A stretch of DNA of 63,394 nt, taken from contig JAHINB010000017.1 of the NCBI GenBank assembly GCA_018896215.1, positions 1 to 63,394 on the forward strand. Direction: 5' to 3'. This DNA comes from Patescibacteria group bacterium (GTDB lineage Bacteria; Patescibacteriota; WWE3; 0-14-0-20-40-13). Shown here piece by piece: positions 48,135 through 55,908 of the stretch. Made by a program: the position numbers and the translations under genes. The notes below the pieces were generated by a model. That model saw only the letters and a program-made list of their open reading frames with translations, had not been told where the DNA came from and made no database searches. Every line of letters begins with the position of its first letter. The stretch's first letter is position 1.

Positions 48135-48434
48135 TTATCTTTTAACCTTGGGCTTTGACTTTTTAGCAACAGTGATTAAACTTCTAATAATATTTTCTTG
48201 CAACTTAAGCTTTTTGACAAAGTTGGCGTATTCTTTTTTGGGAAGGTTAAACAGTACCGTAGCGTAAATACCCTCCACATCTTTGTTTATCTTGTAGGCA
48301 AATTTTTTCTTTTCGGCTGGTTCTTCTTTAACAACCTTACCGCCAAGGGAAGAAATGAGAGCAACCAGTTTAGCTTGCTCTTCTTTAACAGTCGCTGTTG
48401 ATTTTAAGATATATGTCAGTTCGTACAATTGCAT
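48135..48434 (-). CDS. rpsF: 30S ribosomal protein S6
   Basis: MQLYELTYILKS from Met at 48434. Part of the rpsF-ssb-rpsR order. Confidence 0.88.
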   Translation of the reverse strand: MQLYELTYILKSTATVKEEQAKLVALISSLGGKVVKEEPAEKKKFAYKINKDVEGIYATVLFNLPKKEYANFVKKLKLQENIIRSLITVAKKSKPKVKR

Positions 48435-48558
48435 ACTGGGTGGGATATTAGCAAATGAAAGGTGGACTAGCAAGCTTTTGTTTGTTGTGGTATAATTCTC
48501 CTAGTTTTGGGACTGTCCCAAAGCATAATCCCCCTACCACACAAAAAGGAGTGTTCCC

Positions 48559-49434
48559 ATGTTTCACAAATCGTTGTTCGTTCTGCTCGTCGTAGTTTTT
48601 CTGATGTTCCCCTACCCCATCAGCACCGTAGCCTCACCCAACAGCCCGCTTGGGCTCTATGTCGAAACGCCAAAGCGCATCGAAATCCCCATCGGAATCT
48701 CAAAAACGGCGGGGATCGTAGATTGGGTCGCCGAGGTAACGAATCGCTCGGACGAGGTCCAAAACCTCGCCACTCTTGAGATCGGCATCCTGTACAACAA
48801 CACAGGTGCCGATGGCATTGCAATAATGAATGCCAATGTCACCTGCTACGATGACATGGGACTTACGAGATGCGAATTGCCCGCCCTTGCTCCGGGCGAA
48901 ACTTTCGCACTTCGGGCCTATGCCAAGCCCACTCGGGCCGGACACCTTGTCGTCCAGTTTGCTCTCTCCGGTCATCACACCCTTGTCACCTCACAAGAGG
49001 ACACGCAGATTGACTACGGGCCCGATAAGTACGAGCCCAACGACACCTGCAAACAGGCGACTGCGGTTGAACCGGATCGCGGGACGATGCACTACTTGTC
49101 CATCAGCCCCGCCGACTTGGGGGATTGGTTCACGAGGACCGTCCCGCCCGGGCGGAAACGGACATATGGGCTAGAGTTGAGCTACGACAGCCTCGAGGGA
49201 CCCATCGAGGGGTCCATCCAGAACTTCTGCGATGCAGAGGCGTCCGCGACAGTCAACTGGAATTCCAGCATTGACGCTGGATCCGAACCCATCATAGGTG
49301 GCGGGATCGTCATCCGCCGCTATACTCTAACCCTCGACCCCGGGCAGTACTGGGTACGGCTGACATCACAACACCAAACCCGCTACAACGCCCGCTTCTG
49401 GGAGAAGCAATACTTCCTCCCACTCGTCAGATAG
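48559..49434 (+). CDS. GC-rich secreted protein with pre-peptidase C-terminal (PPC)-like domain (cassette 6)
   Basis: AAGGAG-N7-ATG. Signal peptide MFHKSLFVLLVVVFLMFPYPISTVAS. The YEPNDTCKQAT motif opens a PPC-type beta-sandwich. GC3-rich codons. Confidence 0.65.
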   Translation: MFHKSLFVLLVVVFLMFPYPISTVASPNSPLGLYVETPKRIEIPIGISKTAGIVDWVAEVTNRSDEVQNLATLEIGILYNNTGADGIAIMNANVTCYDDMGLTRCELPALAPGETFALRAYAKPTRAGHLVVQFALSGHHTLVTSQEDTQIDYGPDKYEPNDTCKQATAVEPDRGTMHYLSISPADLGDWFTRTVPPGRKRTYGLELSYDSLEGPIEGSIQNFCDAEASATVNWNSSIDAGSEPIIGGGIVIRRYTLTLDPGQYWVRLTSQHQTRYNARFWEKQYFLPLVR

Positions 49435-49494
49435 CCCAAAGACCCTTCCAGAAAGTCCGCCACTTGGGACATTTTGGGAGGGTTCGTTTTTTTG

Positions 49495-49570
49495 TTTTAT
49501 TTGTAATTTGGAATTTGAGAATTGGGATTTGTTTAGATATTAGAAATTAGTAATTAGAAATTTAAAATTT
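49495..49570. repeat. AT-rich family D element copy
   Basis: ..gggatttgtttagatattagaaattag.. at the 3' end of ychF. Confidence 0.55.
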
Positions 49571-50653
49571 TTATCCCCTCCCCACCCTAAACTCCACCAC
49601 ATCTCCATCTTTGACTAAGTATTCCTTCCCCTCCAACCTTGCCATTCCTTTCTCTTTAGCTTTACCCCAACTGCCGGCTTCGATGTATTTTTGATAGGAA
49701 ATGACATCTACTGCAATAAATAATCTTTCAAAGTCGCTATGGATAACACCAGCGCATTTTTGGGCGTTCCAGCCTTGTTTAAATTTCCAGGCTCGGCTTT
49801 CTTTTTCCCCTGTGGTTAGAAATGTGGAAAGCCCCAACATTTTATAAGCTTGACGAATGACTCCGTCAAGGGGCGCTTCGGTGAGTCCTAAGTCGGTAAG
49901 ATAAGCATTTCGATCTACAGTTGACAATGACGAGAGTTCAAATTCAATCTTGGCGGATACTTTCATACGGGACGATCTCATTTCATCCGGGTTCGTCCCA
50001 TTTGGGACGAACCCGATTGAATCCTCAGAAACATTTAGCACAGGTAAAATAGGTTTTAAGGTTAGCAAATTAAACCCTTGTAATTCCTCCAATTCTTCTT
50101 TGGTCCACTTCCCGTTCGCCAATAATTTCCCTGCATCGAGAACCCCCACAGCTTTTTTCAAAACATTGGGGTAGTACCCCGCAGGGGTACTACCCCCTTT
50201 CTTCCTAATCTCCTTTGAGTCCACGACCTTTGATAAAATCTCCAAATCCTTTAGCTTTAATTCCGTGAGTAGCACCTCCCTATCGCTTTCTGGATTGATA
50301 GAGCCCTCTCGAATAATTTCCGCGTCCTCAAAATCTCTTAGAAGTAGAAGGATTAGGTCGACTTCCCTGATATGGGCTAAAAACTTGTTTCCCAATCCCG
50401 CGCCAGTGGATGCACCTTTGACCAGACCAGCGATGTCTATAAATGTGATAGTTGAGTACACTTTTTTGGCAGAGTGCGAAAGTTCTGCCAATTTGTCAAC
50501 CCGACTATCTAAAACTTCGACGACTCCCGTGTTCGGCTCAATAGTAGCAAAAGGGTAATTAGCAACACAGGCTATTTGACGCTTTAAAATAGCGTTAAAT
50601 AAAGTGCTTTTTCCCACATTGGGCAACCCCACAATCCCCACGGACAAACTCAT
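49571..50653 (-). CDS. ychF: ribosome-binding ATPase YchF
   Basis: GIVGLPNVGKSTLFNA, DIAGLVKGAS and a C-terminal TGS-like domain ending DGDVVEFRV. Confidence 0.93.
   Translation of the reverse strand: MSLSVGIVGLPNVGKSTLFNAILKRQIACVANYPFATIEPNTGVVEVLDSRVDKLAELSHSAKKVYSTITFIDIAGLVKGASTGAGLGNKFLAHIREVDLILLLLRDFEDAEIIREGSINPESDREVLLTELKLKDLEILSKVVDSKEIRKKGGSTPAGYYPNVLKKAVGVLDAGKLLANGKWTKEELEELQGFNLLTLKPILPVLNVSEDSIGFVPNGTNPDEMRSSRMKVSAKIEFELSSLSTVDRNAYLTDLGLTEAPLDGVIRQAYKMLGLSTFLTTGEKESRAWKFKQGWNAQKCAGVIHSDFERLFIAVDVISYQKYIEAGSWGKAKEKGMARLEGKEYLVKDGDVVEFRVGRG
49964..50019. repeat. family C composite (GGGACGATC.. / GGGTTCGTCCC-attt-GGGACGAACCC) in frame in ychF
   Basis: Translated as ..SIGFVPNGTNPDEMRSSRMK.. 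Confidence 0.7.
50165..50200. repeat. family B palindrome in frame in ychF
   Basis: GGGGTAGTACCCC-gca-GGGGTACTACCCCC is translated as KKGGSTPAGYYPN. Confidence 0.8.
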
Positions 50654-51035
50654 ATGTTAGGTAAATTAAATAACGAGCTTGTCGAATCCATTCCAATTGA
50701 CAGATTTGTAGACATAACAAAGCAGTTGACAAACTAAAACTAATTTGCAAAAATAACACCAATCATGAGGGGGAAACGCTGATATACTCAAGTGGTATAT
50801 TGAAACGCCCCCCACTTTCATTTCCACTCAACATTATTCCTATAAAGCTCTAAAAAAACCTTAAGTTCTGGCTGTCTATAAAAGCATATATTTTTAACCG
50901 CTTATTCTTCTTTTTTATCACGAGAGAATTTTAGCACAGTATTGAGAAATAGGAATATAGTGAGTTGAAGTGTGGGGTAAATTCCTGCTAGAAACAAACT
51001 TGTTTATACAGTACCATGCGCTTGTGCCTGGTAAT

Positions 51036-52418
51036 CTACTTGTCCTGTACTTTGACACCTAACGCCTCTAACTGTTTTCTTAAACTATCCGCTAGAGCAT
51101 AGTTTTTGCTGGCTCTTGCGCGATCCCGCTGGGCAATTAGTTTTTTTGCTTCTTGCGGAATCTCTTTGACAAAGTCATCCTGATCCAGATTTAATCCCAA
51201 AACTTTGTCCCATTCTAAAAGCTTTTGTACAGCCTGCGACTGGTAACCGTTCTTTTTGGACTCGTTGACGAGCTCCCAAACTACCGCCATAACTTTAGGC
51301 ATGTTTAGATCGTCAGCTAAAGCATTAGCAAATTTTTTCTCGAAAAAATTTGCCAAATTAGACCAATTAGACAAATTAGTCAAATTCGGCCAATTCCCAG
51401 AAACAAAACCATACAATTTTTCTAACGCTTTACTACTCGCATCAAGTGCCTCCCAGGAAAAAGCGATAGTTTGCCTCCAATGGGAGCTGTAAGTATATAA
51501 TTTGTAAGCCAAGGGGTCATAACCTTTATCAATTAGAGTTTGCAAAGTCAAAAAATTCCCCGCGGATTTTGCCATTTTTTCTTCTTTTTCGGCATTTAAA
51601 AAACCCGCGTGGAGCCAATAATTTGCCATTTTGCGACCAGTTGCCACTTCGGTTTGGGCAATTTCGTTAGGATGGTGAATTTCCTTATGATCAATTGCGC
51701 CAGTGTGAATATCAAATGGGGCACCCAAATGCTTAAGCGAAATCGCCGAACACTCAATGTGCCACCCCGGAAAACCAATTCCCCACGGCGAATCCCATTC
51801 CATAGCGCGCTTTTTTCCAGAGATATTAAACTTCCACAAAGCAAAGTCGCGAGGATTCTTTCTTTCGGGATTGACATCTACACGAGCCCCTTCGATGATT
51901 CCAGAGTCTCGCAAAGACGACATCTGACCATACTCGGGAAATTTTTTAGTATCGAAGTAAATTCCATCACTTGTTTTGTAGGTTAGACCTTTTTCTTCTA
52001 ATTGAGAGATGAGACTAATTTGTTCAGGAACGGTATCGGTGGCTTTTTCCCACACAGTTGGGGGAAGCAAGTTGAGCCGTGCCATATCGCTCTTAAACGC
52101 CTTGAGGTAGAATTCAGATAATTCCCATGCGGTCATATTTTTTTCGGCAGAGGCTTTCTCTACTTTGTCCATCCCCATGTCACCATCGCCAGTAAGATGT
52201 CCCACATCGGTTACATTCATTACTCGTTTTACTTGGTAGCCAAAATAGGTTAATGCTCGAACCAGTAGGTCGTTAAAAATATAGGTACGGAGATTTCCAA
52301 TATGGGCATAGTTATAAACCGTCGGACCACAGGTATACAACCCTACATGGTTGGGTACAATTGAAACGAATTCCTCTTTTTTTCCCGTAAGCGAGTTGTA
52401 AAGTTGCAATTTATTCAT
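51036..52418 (-). CDS. cysS: cysteinyl-tRNA synthetase
   Basis: YTCGPTVYNYAHIGNLR (HIGH region) and KMAKSAGN (KMSKS). Confidence 0.95.
   Translation of the reverse strand: MNKLQLYNSLTGKKEEFVSIVPNHVGLYTCGPTVYNYAHIGNLRTYIFNDLLVRALTYFGYQVKRVMNVTDVGHLTGDGDMGMDKVEKASAEKNMTAWELSEFYLKAFKSDMARLNLLPPTVWEKATDTVPEQISLISQLEEKGLTYKTSDGIYFDTKKFPEYGQMSSLRDSGIIEGARVDVNPERKNPRDFALWKFNISGKKRAMEWDSPWGIGFPGWHIECSAISLKHLGAPFDIHTGAIDHKEIHHPNEIAQTEVATGRKMANYWLHAGFLNAEKEEKMAKSAGNFLTLQTLIDKGYDPLAYKLYTYSSHWRQTIAFSWEALDASSKALEKLYGFVSGNWPNLTNLSNWSNLANFFEKKFANALADDLNMPKVMAVVWELVNESKKNGYQSQAVQKLLEWDKVLGLNLDQDDFVKEIPQEAKKLIAQRDRARASKNYALADSLRKQLEALGVKVQDK
51349..51397. repeat. family E repeat in frame in cysS
   Basis: ccaaattagaccaattagacaaattagtcaaattcggccaatt is translated as NWPNLTNLSNWSNLAN. 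Confidence 0.75.
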
Positions 52419-52434
52419 AAATTCCTCTAAACCA

Positions 52435-53022
52435 CTAGCTGACGGTTCGACCTTCGAGGGCTCTCTTTAAAGTTGTCTCATCGGCATATTCAATATCCGC
52501 CCCCGTCGGCAACCCCCTCCCAATTCGGGTGATTTTGACGCCCTCTATGTTACTAAGCTTTTCTTTGATGTAAAGAGCGGTGGCTTCTCCTTCCAAATCG
52601 GGATTAGTGGCAATAATAATTTCTTCTCCCCAAAAAACTCTCTCAACCAGGTCGTCAATAAACAGCTCCTCGGGTCCTATGCCCGCTATTGGATTGATGG
52701 ATCCATGCAAGACATGATAAACGCCACGATAACCCGATTTTTCAAAAGCCAGTACATCTAACGGGGATTGTACCACCAAAATGGTGTTTTTATCGCGAGT
52801 AAGATCGGAGCAAACGGCGCAAATATCGTTTTCCCCAACATTTTTGCAAATGGAGCAGATTTTGGTTTGTTTTAAATTACTAACAGAACTGGAAAACAAA
52901 TCCAAATCAGCTTGCGGGACGCGCAATAAGTGAAAAGTGAGTCGCTCGGCAGTTTTAGGACCAATTCCAGGCAATTTCTCAAAAGAGTCTTTTAGATTTT
53001 GTAAGGGTTTTGGTAACTTCAT
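52435..53022 (-). CDS. recR: recombination protein RecR
   Basis: LPGIGPKTAERLTFHLL HhH, C4 zinc finger CSICKN...CAVC, and Toprim. Confidence 0.93.
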   Translation of the reverse strand: MKLPKPLQNLKDSFEKLPGIGPKTAERLTFHLLRVPQADLDLFSSSVSNLKQTKICSICKNVGENDICAVCSDLTRDKNTILVVQSPLDVLAFEKSGYRGVYHVLHGSINPIAGIGPEELFIDDLVERVFWGEEIIIATNPDLEGEATALYIKEKLSNIEGVKITRIGRGLPTGADIEYADETTLKRALEGRTVS

Positions 53023-54584
53023 ACAGGAACCTCTCCATCAAACACCTCCCAGGCTTCTTTTGCTTTTGTTGACTCCGACTGCTCGGGTTCTATATTTTTG
53101 TCGCTTAAATCCTTTTCTACCGGCAATTTTTTGCCCAACACCACGGCAAGCAAAACCGGTCTACCCAAAATTTCCGATGCGGCATCCTCGACAATTCTAC
53201 GGCTGGATGGAACCGACAGCCTTTCTTTGTGAAAAGAGTAAAAAGCCTCGACAATTAAACGGTCTTTATCAATCCCCACAATCTTGCAAGAGCGCAGTAG
53301 CGCCTCAACCGAGTGGTTTCTAGGTCTTACCGCTTCGTAAAGCGCCTCTTTGGTAAACGGGGCTTTTCCAATTCGATCGGGTACTACCCCTATTGTCTCT
53401 TTTTTCGGGGAGACACCCCTAAAGGCATTGGGATCCTGTTTTTGGGGTGTCTCCCCAAAGTACCCGCCCGCCTCCTCTGTTTCTTCTTTCTTAAAATCAA
53501 CAGTGGCTACTAACAACGGCAAATGTCCCACCGAGGCGTAACGAATCTGCCCTTTTGCCTCCAGAAATTTCTTGATAACAGTTGAAATAAATTCTATTGA
53601 GACCTTCTCCAGCCCCTCTTTGGCAAATTCCGTCTCCCCCACCCCCAACTTTTCCATCAGCAATGCTTTCAAAAACTCCAAAAAATTATCCACCCAGTTT
53701 TCGGCGGTAATTCCACCTTCAAAAATTTTCTCTAGGTATAAAACCCCCGCTTTAGCATTTCCAGTTGATAAATTTAGAAGAAAATCAATAAATTGATCCG
53801 AATCTGATGTAACAACCAAATCGTCCACCGTCACCTTGCCAAAAACCACCTGCTCCAGCATGGTTTCGGAGTCTCTAAAGCCCCCTTGCGAGGCTTGAGC
53901 AATTTTTTTAAGGTCGCCATCTGTTAAATCGGGAATTGGCGTTCCCTCTTTTTTTTCGGCAGTGATAATGCGTTCCAGCTTTTTCGTGATATCTATGATG
54001 GAAGCCCGCTTAAATTCAAACTTTTGGCATCGGCTTCTGATAGTATCGGGGACTTTTCTACTTTCGGTAGTACACAAAACAAAGACAGCGTGCTTTGGCG
54101 GCTCTTCTAGGGTTTTTAAAAGAGCGTTAAAGGCCTCGGCAGTTAACATGTGCACCTCGTCAATAATGTAGACCTTGTATTTTGCTTGAGCGGGCGACAA
54201 AATTATGCGATCCCGCAGAGTTCTAATGTCATCTATTCCGCGGTTGCTGGCGGCGTCAATTTCTATCACATCAATAAAACTGCCGTTTTCGATAGCTTTA
54301 CAGGTTGGACATTCTCCGCAGGGATCGTGTTTATCGGGGTCGAACCCCAATGAAAGATCGGGTGCCTTCTTAGGGGTTCGACCCCTATGTTCCCCAATGT
54401 TTTCGCAATTCAATGCCTTCGCCAAAAGCCTTGCCATTGTCGTCTTTCCCGACCCCCGAGGTCCATAAAAAAAGTAGGCGTGGGCAAAGTTTTTTGTCGC
54501 GATCGCCGAAAGAATTGCTGTTGACAGCGATGCAGAACCTAAAAACTCGCTAAAATTTTTGGGGCGGTATTTGGTATAGAACAC
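53019..54584 (-). CDS. dnaX: DNA polymerase III subunit gamma/tau
   Basis: GPRGSGKTT, Zn module CGECPTC, DEVHML, LLKTLEEPP and SRC. Confidence 0.93.
   Translation of the reverse strand: MFYTKYRPKNFSEFLGSASLSTAILSAIATKNFAHAYFFYGPRGSGKTTMARLLAKALNCENIGEHRGRTPKKAPDLSLGFDPDKHDPCGECPTCKAIENGSFIDVIEIDAASNRGIDDIRTLRDRIILSPAQAKYKVYIIDEVHMLTAEAFNALLKTLEEPPKHAVFVLCTTESRKVPDTIRSRCQKFEFKRASIIDITKKLERIITAEKKEGTPIPDLTDGDLKKIAQASQGGFRDSETMLEQVVFGKVTVDDLVVTSDSDQFIDFLLNLSTGNAKAGVLYLEKIFEGGITAENWVDNFLEFLKALLMEKLGVGETEFAKEGLEKVSIEFISTVIKKFLEAKGQIRYASVGHLPLLVATVDFKKEETEEAGGYFGETPQKQDPNAFRGVSPKKETIGVVPDRIGKAPFTKEALYEAVRPRNHSVEALLRSCKIVGIDKDRLIVEAFYSFHKERLSVPSSRRIVEDAASEILGRPVLLAVVLGKKLPVEKDLSDKNIEPEQSESTKAKEAWEVFDGEVPV
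53376..53459. repeat. family B half-copy plus full family A palindrome, in frame in dnaX
   Basis: Translated as YFGETPQKQDPNAFRGVSPKKETIGVVPD. Confidence 0.8.
54334..54388. repeat. family C variant (GGGGTCGAACCCC ... GGGGTTCGACCCC) in frame in dnaX
   Basis: Translated as HRGRTPKKAPDLSLGFDPD, immediately before the Zn module. Same arms as 55288-55381 in pth. Confidence 0.8.
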
Positions 54585-54699
54585 CCTATAATTATTAACA
54601 CGCCTTGGATTTTTAGCAACCTCTTGTTTAAAATCGTAATTTGTTATAATCTTTAACCAACTAAATTTAACATCAAAGGAGGTCGTATTTTAAAAAACC

Positions 54700-54894
54700 A
54701 TGGTAAAAATAAATATTGAATCGGGTGAGACGATTGAGCAAGCGCTAAGGCGTTTTAATCGCATTATCCAAGAAGAGGGAATTATTGACGAAGTCAAAGA
54801 AAGGCAGTTTTACATCAAGCCTTCTGTGACAAGACGACTCAAAGACAAAGAAAAATTAGCTAAAATTAAAAGGGACAAGAGATACAATAGGTAA
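54700..54894 (+). CDS. rpsU: 30S ribosomal protein S21
   Basis: ETIEQALRRFNRIIQEEGIIDEVKERQFYIKPS..RR; AAAGGAGG SD. Confidence 0.9.
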   Translation: MVKINIESGETIEQALRRFNRIIQEEGIIDEVKERQFYIKPSVTRRLKDKEKLAKIKRDKRYNR

Positions 54895-54930
54895 ATGCTT
54901 CTAGAAACACTTAAAACCAACCTGCTCGAA

Positions 54931-54986
54931 TCTTTCGGGGAGACACCCCTAAAGGCAAGGAATTGTTTTGGGGTGTCTCCCCTAAA
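54931..54986. repeat. family A palindrome, intergenic
   Basis: TTTCGGGGAGACACCCCTAAAGGCA...GGGGTGTCTCCCCTAAA. Confidence 0.85.
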
Positions 54987-55001
54987 TCCCCATAAATTCC
55001 T

Positions 55002-55640
55002 CTAAATTCCTTTAAAGATTGGGTTCTTTACAATTCTTTCGAACACTCTTTGCAATTCCTCTAACTCCTCGGGGTTAAAATCGTTTAGCACAAAATCCTC
55101 GGCTTTTTGTTCGTGATGATTGTAGTGATGTGGCGCCACCCCAATTCTTATTCTCCAAAAGTCCCTTGTGCCTAATTCTTCGATGATTGATAAAACTCCT
55201 TTGTGACCGCTAGCGCTAACTCCAAAGGAAATTTTGAACTTACCCAAGGGAATATCCATATCGTCATGGACAATGACAAAGTCATCATTGGGGTCGAACC
55301 CCAATACACCTGCCCGCAACGCTTCGCGTAGCGAGGCGGGCGGGGGATCGAATGCATTTTTCATAGGGGTTCGACCCCTTAGATCATCCAGTCCCTGACG
55401 GGACGATCCCGAAGTAAAGCGGAGGGTTCGTCCCGAATGAGAATGTCTCCCCAAAATTCTTAAAACTTCTCCTCCCGACTGGTTCATAAAACAGTTGGTT
55501 TTAATGCCTTTTTCACCCGAAAAACAGTTTAAAAAATCCGCAAACAGATGACCCGCATTATGGCGAGTCTTTTCATATTTTCTCTCTTTATTCCCCAAAC
55601 CAATTATAAGCATAGCTTCTGAGCTAACTATCTCCTTCAT
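55002..55640 (-). CDS. pth: peptidyl-tRNA hydrolase carrying a ~50-aa repeat-derived insertion
   Basis: LIIGLGNKERKYEKTRHNAG, MNQSGG, VHDDMDIPLGKFK and GHKGVLSI. Confidence 0.88.
   Translation of the reverse strand: MKEIVSSEAMLIIGLGNKERKYEKTRHNAGHLFADFLNCFSGEKGIKTNCFMNQSGGEVLRILGRHSHSGRTLRFTSGSSRQGLDDLRGRTPMKNAFDPPPASLREALRAGVLGFDPNDDFVIVHDDMDIPLGKFKISFGVSASGHKGVLSIIEELGTRDFWRIRIGVAPHHYNHHEQKAEDFVLNDFNPEELEELQRVFERIVKNPIFKGI
55288..55439. repeat. two adjacent family C elements (GGGGTCGAACCCC..GGGGTTCGACCCC; GGGACGATCCC..GGGTTCGTCCC) in frame in pth
   Basis: Translated as SGRTLRFTSGSSRQGLDDLRGRTPMKNAFDPPPASLREALRAGVLGFDPN. Confidence 0.8.
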
Positions 55641-55908
55641 GATGCACCCCCAACAAATGCTTCACCCCATGCTCCACCAACCGCGCTACTTCTTGTTCCA
55701 ACGACTGATGATTTTCCAACGCTTGGGTAGAGGCTTTGTCTAAGTTGACAATTACATCCCCCAAATAATATCTTCCATCGGGCAGTTCTTCGTTCATGTT
55801 AAAAGACAAAACATCTGTCGCATAGTCACGCTTGAGGTGTTTTTTATTGAGCTGGTGAATTTCCTTATCCCCCACAAGGGATATATTTATGAATGTATTT
55901 TTACGCAT
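55624..55908 (-). CDS. ybeY: endoribonuclease YbeY, N-terminally short
   Basis: TDVLSF and the H-x3-H-x5-H region HGVKHLLGVHH. Only 94 aa. Confidence 0.75.
   Translation of the reverse strand: MRKNTFINISLVGDKEIHQLNKKHLKRDYATDVLSFNMNEELPDGRYYLGDVIVNLDKASTQALENHQSLEQEVARLVEHGVKHLLGVHHEGDS

Noticed and set aside
17292-49500. GC-rich blocks as metagenome assembly chimeras or contamination
   Set aside because: Each block is only 0.4-0.9 kb and is flanked on both sides by backbone sequence. The backbone shows continuing operon logic, host-like AT-rich promoters and the window's own repeat families. A chimeric join would not return to the same genome six times. Read-level verification is still advisable.
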